Shown: positions 1 through 7,309 of the stretch, piece after piece | Numbering within the stretch: position 1 is the stretch's first letter | Layout: every line of letters starts with the position of its first letter | Position numbers and translations under genes: made by a program | Assembly: GCA_964486215.1 (NCBI GenBank) | Contig: CAZALI010000002.1 | Span: 13,001 to 77,000 of the forward strand | DNA length: 64,000 nucleotides | Direction of reading: 5' to 3' | From: an uncultured Muribaculaceae bacterium | Lineage (GTDB): Bacteria > Bacillota_I > Bacilli_A > RF39 > UBA660 | Notes under the pieces: generated by a model | Told to the model about the DNA's origin: nothing | Database searches by the model: none | Seen by the model: only the letters and a program-made list of their open reading frames with translations

Positions 1-636
1 GTACCAGATGAAGTTAGTGATGAAGAAGCTGCTATGGTAGAACCTACTGCAGTTGCACTACATGCTATACATTTGGCTGATATTAAAGTAGGAGATAAAG
101 TTTTAGTAATAGGTGCTGGTATTATTGGTATGCTTACAGCTATGTTTGCTGGTATGGAAGGTGCTAGTTACGTTGCTATGAGTGAAGCTAATATGTCTCG
201 TGGTAGAAAAGCTGTAAGACTTGGTGTAGCTGATAGATGCTATGATGCTAAAAATACTAAAATGCTTGAACAAATGAGATATGATACAGTAGAAGGATTT
301 GATAAAGTTATAGAATGCTGTGGTAATTCTCCTGCTGTTAGTAATTCTTTAATGGCTGTTAAACCAGGTGGAAAAATCGTTTTAGTAGGAGTTAGTTTAG
401 GTACAGTTACAATGCCTTCTATAATTGCTGTTACTAAAGAACTTGATATTAGAGGAGCTATAGCTTATACAGCAGATGAATTTAAGACATGTATTGATTT
501 AATGGCTACTAAGAAAATTGATGTTACGAAGTTCTTAGATGAAATAGTTCCTTTAAGTGATATACAAGAATCTTTTGAAAAGTTAACTTCTGGCAAATCA
601 GCTACTGTAAAGATAATGATTGATCATAATAAATAG
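1..636 (+). CDS. Zn-dependent alcohol dehydrogenase (MDR) family protein, C-terminal part; 5' end cut by the window edge
   Basis: Frame 1 is open from nt 1 (VPDEVSDEEAAMVEPTAVALHA...). It has a Rossmann GxGxxG (VIGAGIIGMLT) and a typical MDR C-terminus, and it ends in a terminator hairpin. Confidence 0.85.
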   Translation, partial: VPDEVSDEEAAMVEPTAVALHAIHLADIKVGDKVLVIGAGIIGMLTAMFAGMEGASYVAMSEANMSRGRKAVRLGVADRCYDAKNTKMLEQMRYDTVEGFDKVIECCGNSPAVSNSLMAVKPGGKIVLVGVSLGTVTMPSIIAVTKELDIRGAIAYTADEFKTCIDLMATKKIDVTKFLDEIVPLSDIQESFEKLTSGKSATVKIMIDHNK

Positions 637-659
637 ACTTTATAAGTCTATTTTTTTTT
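634..659 (+). terminator. Intrinsic terminator
   Basis: Stem TAGACTT / AAGTCTA with a 3-nt loop, followed by a T9 run. It overlaps the stop codon. Confidence 0.7.
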
Positions 660-687
660 GATATAATTGTTATGATAGGAGTAGTCT

Positions 688-969
688 ATGATTCAAACTT
701 TTACTATAAGAACAATTATTATTTTATTTATACTAGTAGTTTTAATAGTAGTAGTTGCATATTTCTTGAAAAAGAAACTATTAGAAGATGATACTATTCC
801 TGTTTCTTCTAGAAATAATAAAACTATAGAAGATTTAAGACATCAAGATTTAAAGGATACAGTAACAAATATTAGAAATAGTACTGATTATGTTCCTGAA
901 GATAAAGATAGTGAAAAATTAGAGGAATATAGTGCTAGAAAAAGTATAGAGGACGAAGAGATAATATAG
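688..969 (+). CDS. Small single-pass membrane protein with an acidic tail, hypothetical
   Basis: AGGAG RBS 7 nt upstream of the ATG. Hydrophobic N-terminal helix (IIILFILVVLIVVVAYFL). A TGATATAAT promoter lies at 659-667. Confidence 0.6.
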   Translation: MIQTFTIRTIIILFILVVLIVVVAYFLKKKLLEDDTIPVSSRNNKTIEDLRHQDLKDTVTNIRNSTDYVPEDKDSEKLEEYSARKSIEDEEII

Positions 970-977
970 GAGGTTTT

Positions 978-1601
978 ATGTTTTCTTCTAAAAATAATAA
1001 AAATTATGTCGATGTCCTTGGAGAAGAAGGCTGGTCTAAGGAAGAGATTACTAATACTTTTGTAGATAAGAAAAAAGTTATCTTTTTTAAGACAGCTTTA
1101 GTTTTTATGTTACTTTTATTAATAATTATACCAATTAGTATACCAACTTATTCTAAGTATAGTACTGAAGCTTCTTCTAATACTAGTTTAAGGACAGCTA
1201 AGTGGGAATTTAATATTAATGGTGATCATGGAGATACGTCTATTGATTTAGAAAAAACTATTACAAATGATTATAAAAAAGTAGTTCCTGGTAGTATGGG
1301 TAAAATTGATTTAGTTATTAATTTTGGTGGTAGTGAAGTAGCATCTAAATATATAGTAACTAAAAGTGATATGTCTTTATTACCAGATAATTTAAAATTA
1401 TATACTGATTCTAATTATAGTAATGAGTTTGATAAATTAACTTCTAGTGTAGGACTTAATGATATAGATGAAAATATAGTTATTTCCTTATATTGGAAAT
1501 GGAATTATACTTTAGATGATGAAAGTTCTTGGATGGATAAAGAAATAAAGTTAATATTAGATGTTGATTTAAGTGAAGATATGGGTGATGTAGATGAATG
1601 A
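978..1601 (+). CDS. N-terminally membrane-anchored exported protein, hypothetical (beta-rich)
   Basis: GGAGG RBS. One TM helix (ALVFMLLLLIIIPISIP) followed by a beta-rich ectodomain. Translationally coupled to the next gene (ATGA-type overlap). Confidence 0.65.
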   Translation: MFSSKNNKNYVDVLGEEGWSKEEITNTFVDKKKVIFFKTALVFMLLLLIIIPISIPTYSKYSTEASSNTSLRTAKWEFNINGDHGDTSIDLEKTITNDYKKVVPGSMGKIDLVINFGGSEVASKYIVTKSDMSLLPDNLKLYTDSNYSNEFDKLTSSVGLNDIDENIVISLYWKWNYTLDDESSWMDKEIKLILDVDLSEDMGDVDE

Positions 1602-2046
1602 TAAAAAAGTTTTATATACAATAGTAGGAGCAATCTTAGTAGGTATTGTATTACCAATTACTTTTTCTATATACAAAGCTAATGTAGAAGTAAATGTTAT
1701 TACTAAAACTGGTAAAAGTGCTTGTGACTTTGAAATAGATACTAATGATAATTATGTTGATAAACAAGGAAAATACTTTTACGTTAATGTTACTAACTAT
1801 GAGAAAGATAAAAATAATATATATTTAACTGATACAGATTTAGATTATAAATTAACTATTTCTAATAAAGATAAAAGTAATATGAATTATGCTTATCAAA
1901 ATATAGAGAATGATAGATTAGAAATTAGAGGAGAATTCTCTAAAGAAGAAAAAGAAAATAATAAATATAAAATATATATAATTAATAATAATGTTAGTAG
2001 AACTAAAGCAAATATAAATATAAAGTTAGAAGCTAATCAAAAGTAG
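1594..2046 (+). CDS. N-terminally membrane-anchored exported protein, hypothetical
   Basis: The start overlaps the stop of the upstream gene. One N-terminal TM helix, then a beta-rich domain. Confidence 0.65.
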   Translation: MNDKKVLYTIVGAILVGIVLPITFSIYKANVEVNVITKTGKSACDFEIDTNDNYVDKQGKYFYVNVTNYEKDKNNIYLTDTDLDYKLTISNKDKSNMNYAYQNIENDRLEIRGEFSKEEKENNKYKIYIINNNVSRTKANINIKLEANQK

Positions 2047-2053
2047 GTGTGTT

Positions 2054-3760
2054 ATGAAAAAAGTATTTTTTGTATTAGTTTTATTATTGTTAATGCCTAT
2101 AGTTGTTATGGCTAAAGTGGGACCTAGTGCACAAAACAATACTAAGTCTACAATTGTAGTAGATTTTGGCAAACATAGAAGTGTTTATGCAATGTCATTT
2201 GAAGAGATGGCTGCAATAAATTATCTTTTCAATAAAAGCATTATGTCTTTTAATCAAGATGGTTGTATTTATCGCGATGGTAAAAAGCTTATATGTACTG
2301 GTAGTGATCGTAATACTTTTACAATACAAGAGGGAATTGGGGCTCAAGATAATTTTACATACGATGTAAGTGATAATTTCTGTGAGCAGTCTGATGTTGA
2401 TGATCTTTGTGAGGAGATACTTGGTAATGTAAGAAAAATAGAAGTAAAGTTTGATGGAGAGTCAGTTGAGCTTGATACTTTATATTTCCCAGTTTATGAT
2501 AAAAGTAAATTTGTATCTGAGCCTGGAAGTTATTTTTTTGAAGATATAATGTATATTTTGATGGATGATGGTATGATTGATTTTAAAGATGCTGGTGGAC
2601 ATAGTTTAATTCTCAATAGTAATGGTGATGAAATAATGTCGTTTTCTTATCAAAATGATTTTGATGTCCTTCCTGAAGCAACAATTGATGATAATATGTA
2701 TTTTGATGTTCCCAGTAATTGGTATGGTTCGTATGAATTTCCTAGTAATATTAAGTATATAAAGATTGACTTTGTGGAAGATACTAGTAATTTGCCTGTA
2801 CATATTAAAAAAATAGAACTTGATAGTACTAATGCTAAAGTTAATAGTTATTCATCAGATTATAAATTAAATGTTTCATCAGATGTTTCTTTTAAATATA
2901 CAGGCGATTATGTTAAGTATAAGATTACTCTTGAGAATAATGATGATGATGATTATAAAGTATCTCTAGGAAATGTAAGTAATGAATATATTGATTATAT
3001 AGTAGATTATCCTAATGGTGATAGAGTTGTAAAAGCTAATAGTGAGACTATTGTATATTTAACAATTAAGTATACTAAGCAAGTACCTGAAGAGTTATTT
3101 AATAATGGTGAATTTAGGGAGAGTAAAGATATTGAGTTAAATCTTGTTACTGGTAATAATAACTCTATTAAAAAGACTACTAATATATTAAAAAATCCAA
3201 AGACAGCTGGAACTTTATTTATGATTATATTATTGATTGCGACAGATATATTAGTATTTAAATTAGTTGGTTTTAAAAAGACTACAGTTACAATTATTCT
3301 TTTAACTGTCATGTTAAGTTTACCTCTATCTGTGTATGCTTTAAAAACTATTACTGTTACAGTTAATTCAACAATAAATATCACTTATAGAGATTTAGGT
3401 AAGCTTTATATGAATGGTGTAGAGGTAAATCTTGCTGGTAGAGGAATTGATGTTTGTACTGATAGTAATACTGATGTAGTTAATATTGATGATAACAATG
3501 GTAATTTTACAATTCGAGTTAATCAACCTCAACCTAAAACTAAAGCTGCGTTATTTCCTAATTTAATAATTTTTGGACATAGTGATAATAATAAAGTAAT
3601 TGTAGATGATGTGGACTTTAATTCTGATATAACAACAATAGAAGCTCTTAAAACAATAAATAATATTGATAAAATTAAAGAGTATTTAGGTAATTATTAT
3701 ACAGAACATGGTTTGCCTATTTGTAGTACTTCAACTGGTGGTGGAAATCCTTCACGATAA
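2054..3760 (+). CDS. Large exported protein with an N-terminal signal peptide, an internal sorting-signal-like NPKTAG + TM segment, and a second signal-peptide-like segment
   Basis: Signal peptide MKKVFFVLVLLLLMPIVVMA. NPKTAG at 3194-3211 is followed by a hydrophobic helix and KK. A second hydrophobic stretch ends VYA (3332-3340), followed by a ~140-aa C-terminal domain. Confidence 0.7.
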   Translation: MKKVFFVLVLLLLMPIVVMAKVGPSAQNNTKSTIVVDFGKHRSVYAMSFEEMAAINYLFNKSIMSFNQDGCIYRDGKKLICTGSDRNTFTIQEGIGAQDNFTYDVSDNFCEQSDVDDLCEEILGNVRKIEVKFDGESVELDTLYFPVYDKSKFVSEPGSYFFEDIMYILMDDGMIDFKDAGGHSLILNSNGDEIMSFSYQNDFDVLPEATIDDNMYFDVPSNWYGSYEFPSNIKYIKIDFVEDTSNLPVHIKKIELDSTNAKVNSYSSDYKLNVSSDVSFKYTGDYVKYKITLENNDDDDYKVSLGNVSNEYIDYIVDYPNGDRVVKANSETIVYLTIKYTKQVPEELFNNGEFRESKDIELNLVTGNNNSIKKTTNILKNPKTAGTLFMIILLIATDILVFKLVGFKKTTVTIILLTVMLSLPLSVYALKTITVTVNSTINITYRDLGKLYMNGVEVNLAGRGIDVCTDSNTDVVNIDDNNGNFTIRVNQPQPKTKAALFPNLIIFGHSDNNKVIVDDVDFNSDITTIEALKTINNIDKIKEYLGNYYTEHGLPICSTSTGGGNPSR

Positions 3761-3771
3761 AAAAAGAAGAA

Positions 3772-4263
3772 TTAGTTAGCTAATTCTTCTATTTTTTTTG
3801 TGAAATAATTTTTTGCATCATCTAGTGACATATCTAGGATGGCAGATATCTGAGTAAGTAGAGATTCTTCTGCTTCTTTTAGATAGACACTATCAACTTC
3901 AGCTTTTCTTTTGTTGTTTTCAGTACGCTTTTTATTTCTTAAGTATGTAGTTTTTATTACTTTTATTAAATCTTCTTCATCACCAGTTGCGAGTAATTTT
4001 TTATATTCTGATTCTAAGAACTTTTCTTCTACATCTACTGTTTCAATATCAGGTATTTTATTAATTAGTTTATTTAGTTCTTCTTTTTTTATTAATTTCT
4101 TTATTTTATTCTGTGGATCATCTACTGGTACTTCTAATTTTAAAGTATCATCATTCAAAGGTATTAATAAATAATAATCTTTATCATTATATTTTTTTAG
4201 TTCAATACCTTTTACTTGGCAAACATCTTTACCATACATTAAATAATCATTTACTTTATACAT
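3772..4263 (-). CDS. CarD/CdnL/TRCF-domain transcription factor
   Basis: The N-terminus (MYKVNDYLMYGKDVCQVKGIE...YYLLIPLNDDTLKLEVPVDD) fits the CarD_CdnL_TRCF RNAP-interaction domain. Size ~160 aa. Confidence 0.75.
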   Translation of the reverse strand: MYKVNDYLMYGKDVCQVKGIELKKYNDKDYYLLIPLNDDTLKLEVPVDDPQNKIKKLIKKEELNKLINKIPDIETVDVEEKFLESEYKKLLATGDEEDLIKVIKTTYLRNKKRTENNKRKAEVDSVYLKEAEESLLTQISAILDMSLDDAKNYFTKKIEELAN

Positions 4264-4326
4264 ATAGTTCCCTCCAAGTTCTTTTATATTTTAACATAAA
4301 TGAAAGTAAAAATAAACAGTAAATTT

Positions 4327-4368
4327 TTAGCACTCTATATTGACACCTGCTAAAAAGAGTGCTATAAA
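4327..4368 (+). promoter_or_regulatory. htpG promoter (TTGACA-17-TATAAA) embedded in a CIRCE-like inverted repeat
   Basis: TTAGCACTC (4327-4335) and GAGTGCTA (4357-4364) match the CIRCE half-sites but are separated by 21 nt. The -35 TTGACA is at 4340-4345 and the -10 TATAAA at 4363-4368. Confidence 0.5.
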
Positions 4369-4390
4369 TACTTTAGTGATGGAGGTAAAT

Positions 4391-6265
4391 ATGGAGAAAC
4401 ATAAATTTAAAAGTGAATCAAAAAAATTATTAGATTTAATGATTAATTCTATTTATACTAATAAAGATATATTCTTAAGAGAATTGATTAGTAATGCAAG
4501 TGATGCATTAGATAAACTTTATTATAGAAGTTTAACTGATAAAAAAGTTAAAGTTAAGAAAGATGATTTAGAAATATATATTTCTTTTGATAAAGATGAA
4601 AAGACTATTACTGTTAAAGATAATGGTATAGGTATGAGTAAAGAAGAACTTGCAGATAACTTAGGAGTTATTGCGAAGAGTGGAACTTTAAATTTTAAAG
4701 AGAATATGACTAATGATGAAAAATTAGATATGATTGGTCAATTTGGTGTAGGATTTTATTCTGCTTTTATGGTTAGTGATAAGATTACTGTAGATAGTAA
4801 GAGTGTTGATAGTAATGAAGCTTATATCTGGGAGTCTCATGGAGTAGAGGGATATTCAATAGATAAAAGTGATAAGAAAGATAATGGTACTGTTATTACT
4901 TTACATTTAAAAGAAAATGATTCTGACTTTGCATATGATAAATACTTAGATGAATATGCATTAAAGAATTTAATTAAGAAATATTCTGATTATGTAGCTT
5001 ATCCAATTAAGATGATGGTTACTCATAGTGAGCCTAAAGACGATAAGTATGAAGAGCATAAAGAAGAAGAGATTATTAATAGTATGGTACCTATATGGAA
5101 GAGAGCAGAAAAAGATGTTACTGAAAATGACTATGATAATTTCTATATGGATAGATTTGGTGACTTTGATAAACCATTAAAGAGAATATCTTCTAGTGTA
5201 GAAGGAGTTACTTCATATAAAGCATTACTTTATATTCCTTCTCATGCACCTGCTGATTACTATCAAGAAGGATTTGAAAAAGGGCTTGCTTTGTATTCTA
5301 ATGGTGTACTTATTATGGATAAGTGTGCTGATCTACTACCAGACTACTTTAGCTTTGTTAAAGGTGTAGTAGACAGTGAAGACTTACCTCTTAATATTTC
5401 TCGTGAGACACTGCAAGAATCACGTAATGTTAGTTTAATAGCTAAGAATATTGATGGTAAGATTAAACGTGAATTAGAAGATTTATTAAAGAACAATAGA
5501 GAAAAATACGAAGAATTCTTTAAGACATTTGGTGTTCAAATAAAATATGGTGTTTATAATAACTTTGGTCAAGATAAAGAAAAGTTACAAGATTTAGTTA
5601 TGTTTTATTCTGCAAATGAAAAGAAATTAGTTACTTTAGATGAATATGTTAAAGCTATGAAAGAGGATCAAGATAAAATCTATTATGCATCTGGTTCTTC
5701 AATAAATAAAATTGATACTATGCCTCAAGTAGATCAAGTAAAAGAAGCTGGATATGATATTTTATACTTAACTGATTATGTTGATGAATTCTGCGTTACA
5801 GCTATTCAAAAGTATCAAGAAAAATCTTTCCAAAATGTTGCGAATGAAGATTTAGATTTAGAAAGTGAAGAAGAAAAGAAAGAAGAAGAAGAAGTCAACA
5901 AGAGTAGTGAAGATTTACTTAAAGCTATGAAAGAATTATTACCTGAAATTAAAGAAGTTAAATTTACTAATAAATTAAAGAAACACCCAGTATGTTTAAC
6001 TAGTAAAGGTGATGTTAGTATAGAGATGCAAAAAGTATTTGATGCTATGCCTAATGATATGGGTATTAAAGCAGAAACAGTACTTGAGATTAATGAAAAA
6101 CATCCTATAGCTGAGAAGTTAAAATCATTATATAAAGAAAAAGATAAAACAGAGTTTAATAATTATACAAAGATTTTATATAGTGAAGCTAGAATAATAG
6201 CTGGTCTTCCTATAGATAATCCAACAGAGATAAGTAATTTAATCTGTGATGTAATAAGTAAGTAG
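4391..6265 (+). CDS. htpG: Molecular chaperone HtpG (Hsp90)
   Basis: GHKL ATPase motifs (ELISNASDALDK, DNGIGM, GQFGVGFYS) and full-length Hsp90 architecture. GGAGG RBS before ATG 4391. The track's TTG at 4340 is actually the -35 box. Confidence 0.95.
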   Translation: MEKHKFKSESKKLLDLMINSIYTNKDIFLRELISNASDALDKLYYRSLTDKKVKVKKDDLEIYISFDKDEKTITVKDNGIGMSKEELADNLGVIAKSGTLNFKENMTNDEKLDMIGQFGVGFYSAFMVSDKITVDSKSVDSNEAYIWESHGVEGYSIDKSDKKDNGTVITLHLKENDSDFAYDKYLDEYALKNLIKKYSDYVAYPIKMMVTHSEPKDDKYEEHKEEEIINSMVPIWKRAEKDVTENDYDNFYMDRFGDFDKPLKRISSSVEGVTSYKALLYIPSHAPADYYQEGFEKGLALYSNGVLIMDKCADLLPDYFSFVKGVVDSEDLPLNISRETLQESRNVSLIAKNIDGKIKRELEDLLKNNREKYEEFFKTFGVQIKYGVYNNFGQDKEKLQDLVMFYSANEKKLVTLDEYVKAMKEDQDKIYYASGSSINKIDTMPQVDQVKEAGYDILYLTDYVDEFCVTAIQKYQEKSFQNVANEDLDLESEEEKKEEEEVNKSSEDLLKAMKELLPEIKEVKFTNKLKKHPVCLTSKGDVSIEMQKVFDAMPNDMGIKAETVLEINEKHPIAEKLKSLYKEKDKTEFNNYTKILYSEARIIAGLPIDNPTEISNLICDVISK

Positions 6266-6285
6266 AAATACTTACTTTTTATTTA
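6256..6285 (+). terminator. Intrinsic terminator of htpG
   Basis: Perfect 9-bp stem AAGTAAGTA / TACTTACTT with a GAAA loop, then a T-rich tract. It overlaps the stop codon. Confidence 0.7.
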
Positions 6286-6365
6286 CATATTTACATATTT
6301 TCTTTGTAAATTTACTTTTTATTTTACAATGTTCATTGTATATTTGTTGTAAAGATGGTGATACT

Positions 6366-7253
6366 ATGAAGAAAATATTTTTTATATTAATTTTTACTAT
6401 TATTATTTTTCCTATAATTGGAAATGCTAAGGTTATTACAAAAGCTGATTTAGAGGCAGAAGCAGAAGCTTTAAAAGAAGAAGCTAATAAAGATAATTCT
6501 ATATTAGGAATTGATAATATAACAGTTGGTGATAGTACTATAGTTTTTGATTTATCAGATAATTCTCATTATTCTGTAGAATATGAAATAGGTGAAGAAA
6601 ATACTACTTTTAAGACTGAAACTTATGTTAATAATGGTATGAGTAGTGAAGAATTCGATGAAGCTTCAGTAATAACAATTGGACATTTATTAGTTCATAT
6701 GATGTTATGTCATTTTAATGGAGTTAGTTATGATGATGCTTTTACTTATTTTCTTTCTATGGGTAAAGATAGTATTACTTTTGATGAAAATACACGTAGT
6801 TATATGATAGTCGCTGATGATGTTGAAGCTACAGCTTCAGATAATACTATGATTATTAAAGAAAGTGAATTTGGTGATCATGTTACTGAATTAGCTGAAT
6901 GGCTATATAAGAATAAAACTGATAGTGACGTTAATAATATATATAGTTGTATATATGATGTTGAAACATCAGAAGGTAGATCTACTATAACTTTGAGGTT
7001 GGTATATAAAAATGATGCTGATTTTTCTCCTATGATAGGTGAAAGCGATAGAGTTAAAGAGAGTATAGATAATGAATTTTCTGATATGTTTAATTTTGAT
7101 GATGAAAAAAAGACTAATCCTAAGACTGGTACTACTGTAGATGTTCCTAATACAGCACTTAGTGTTGATAAAAAGATTTATATGGTTGGTGTAATGCTTA
7201 TACTTAGTGGAATATTATTAATAGATAAAGTTATTAAAAGAAAAAGTAATTAG
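6366..7253 (+). CDS. Exported surface protein with a C-terminal sorting-signal-like tail (NPKTG ... VPNTA + TM + KRKSN)
   Basis: Signal peptide MKKIFFILIFTIIIFPIIGNA. NPKTG at 7116-7130 and VPNTA at 7143-7157, then a hydrophobic helix and a basic tail. Confidence 0.7.
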   Translation: MKKIFFILIFTIIIFPIIGNAKVITKADLEAEAEALKEEANKDNSILGIDNITVGDSTIVFDLSDNSHYSVEYEIGEENTTFKTETYVNNGMSSEEFDEASVITIGHLLVHMMLCHFNGVSYDDAFTYFLSMGKDSITFDENTRSYMIVADDVEATASDNTMIIKESEFGDHVTELAEWLYKNKTDSDVNNIYSCIYDVETSEGRSTITLRLVYKNDADFSPMIGESDRVKESIDNEFSDMFNFDDEKKTNPKTGTTVDVPNTALSVDKKIYMVGVMLILSGILLIDKVIKRKSN

Positions 7254-7267
7254 TTACTTTTTTTTTT
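7243..7267 (+). terminator. Intrinsic terminator
   Basis: Stem AAAGTAA / TTACTTT followed by a long T run. Confidence 0.65.
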
Positions 7268-7309
7268 ATGGTATTTTTGCTATAATTATGGAGAATAGAG
7301 GTTGGTATA

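Noticed and set aside
2606-4322. Antisense or overlapping ORFs 2606-2803, 3007-3384, 3911-4174 and 4113-4322
   Set aside because: They are fully embedded in longer, better-supported genes on the other strand. Their isoleucine/phenylalanine-rich composition is typical of AT-rich antisense frames, and they have no RBS.
4340-4390. TTG start at 4340 for htpG as listed in the ORF track
   Set aside because: The TTG is part of the -35 hexamer TTGACA. A GGAGG RBS precedes ATG 4391, and the Hsp90 homology begins at MEKHKF...
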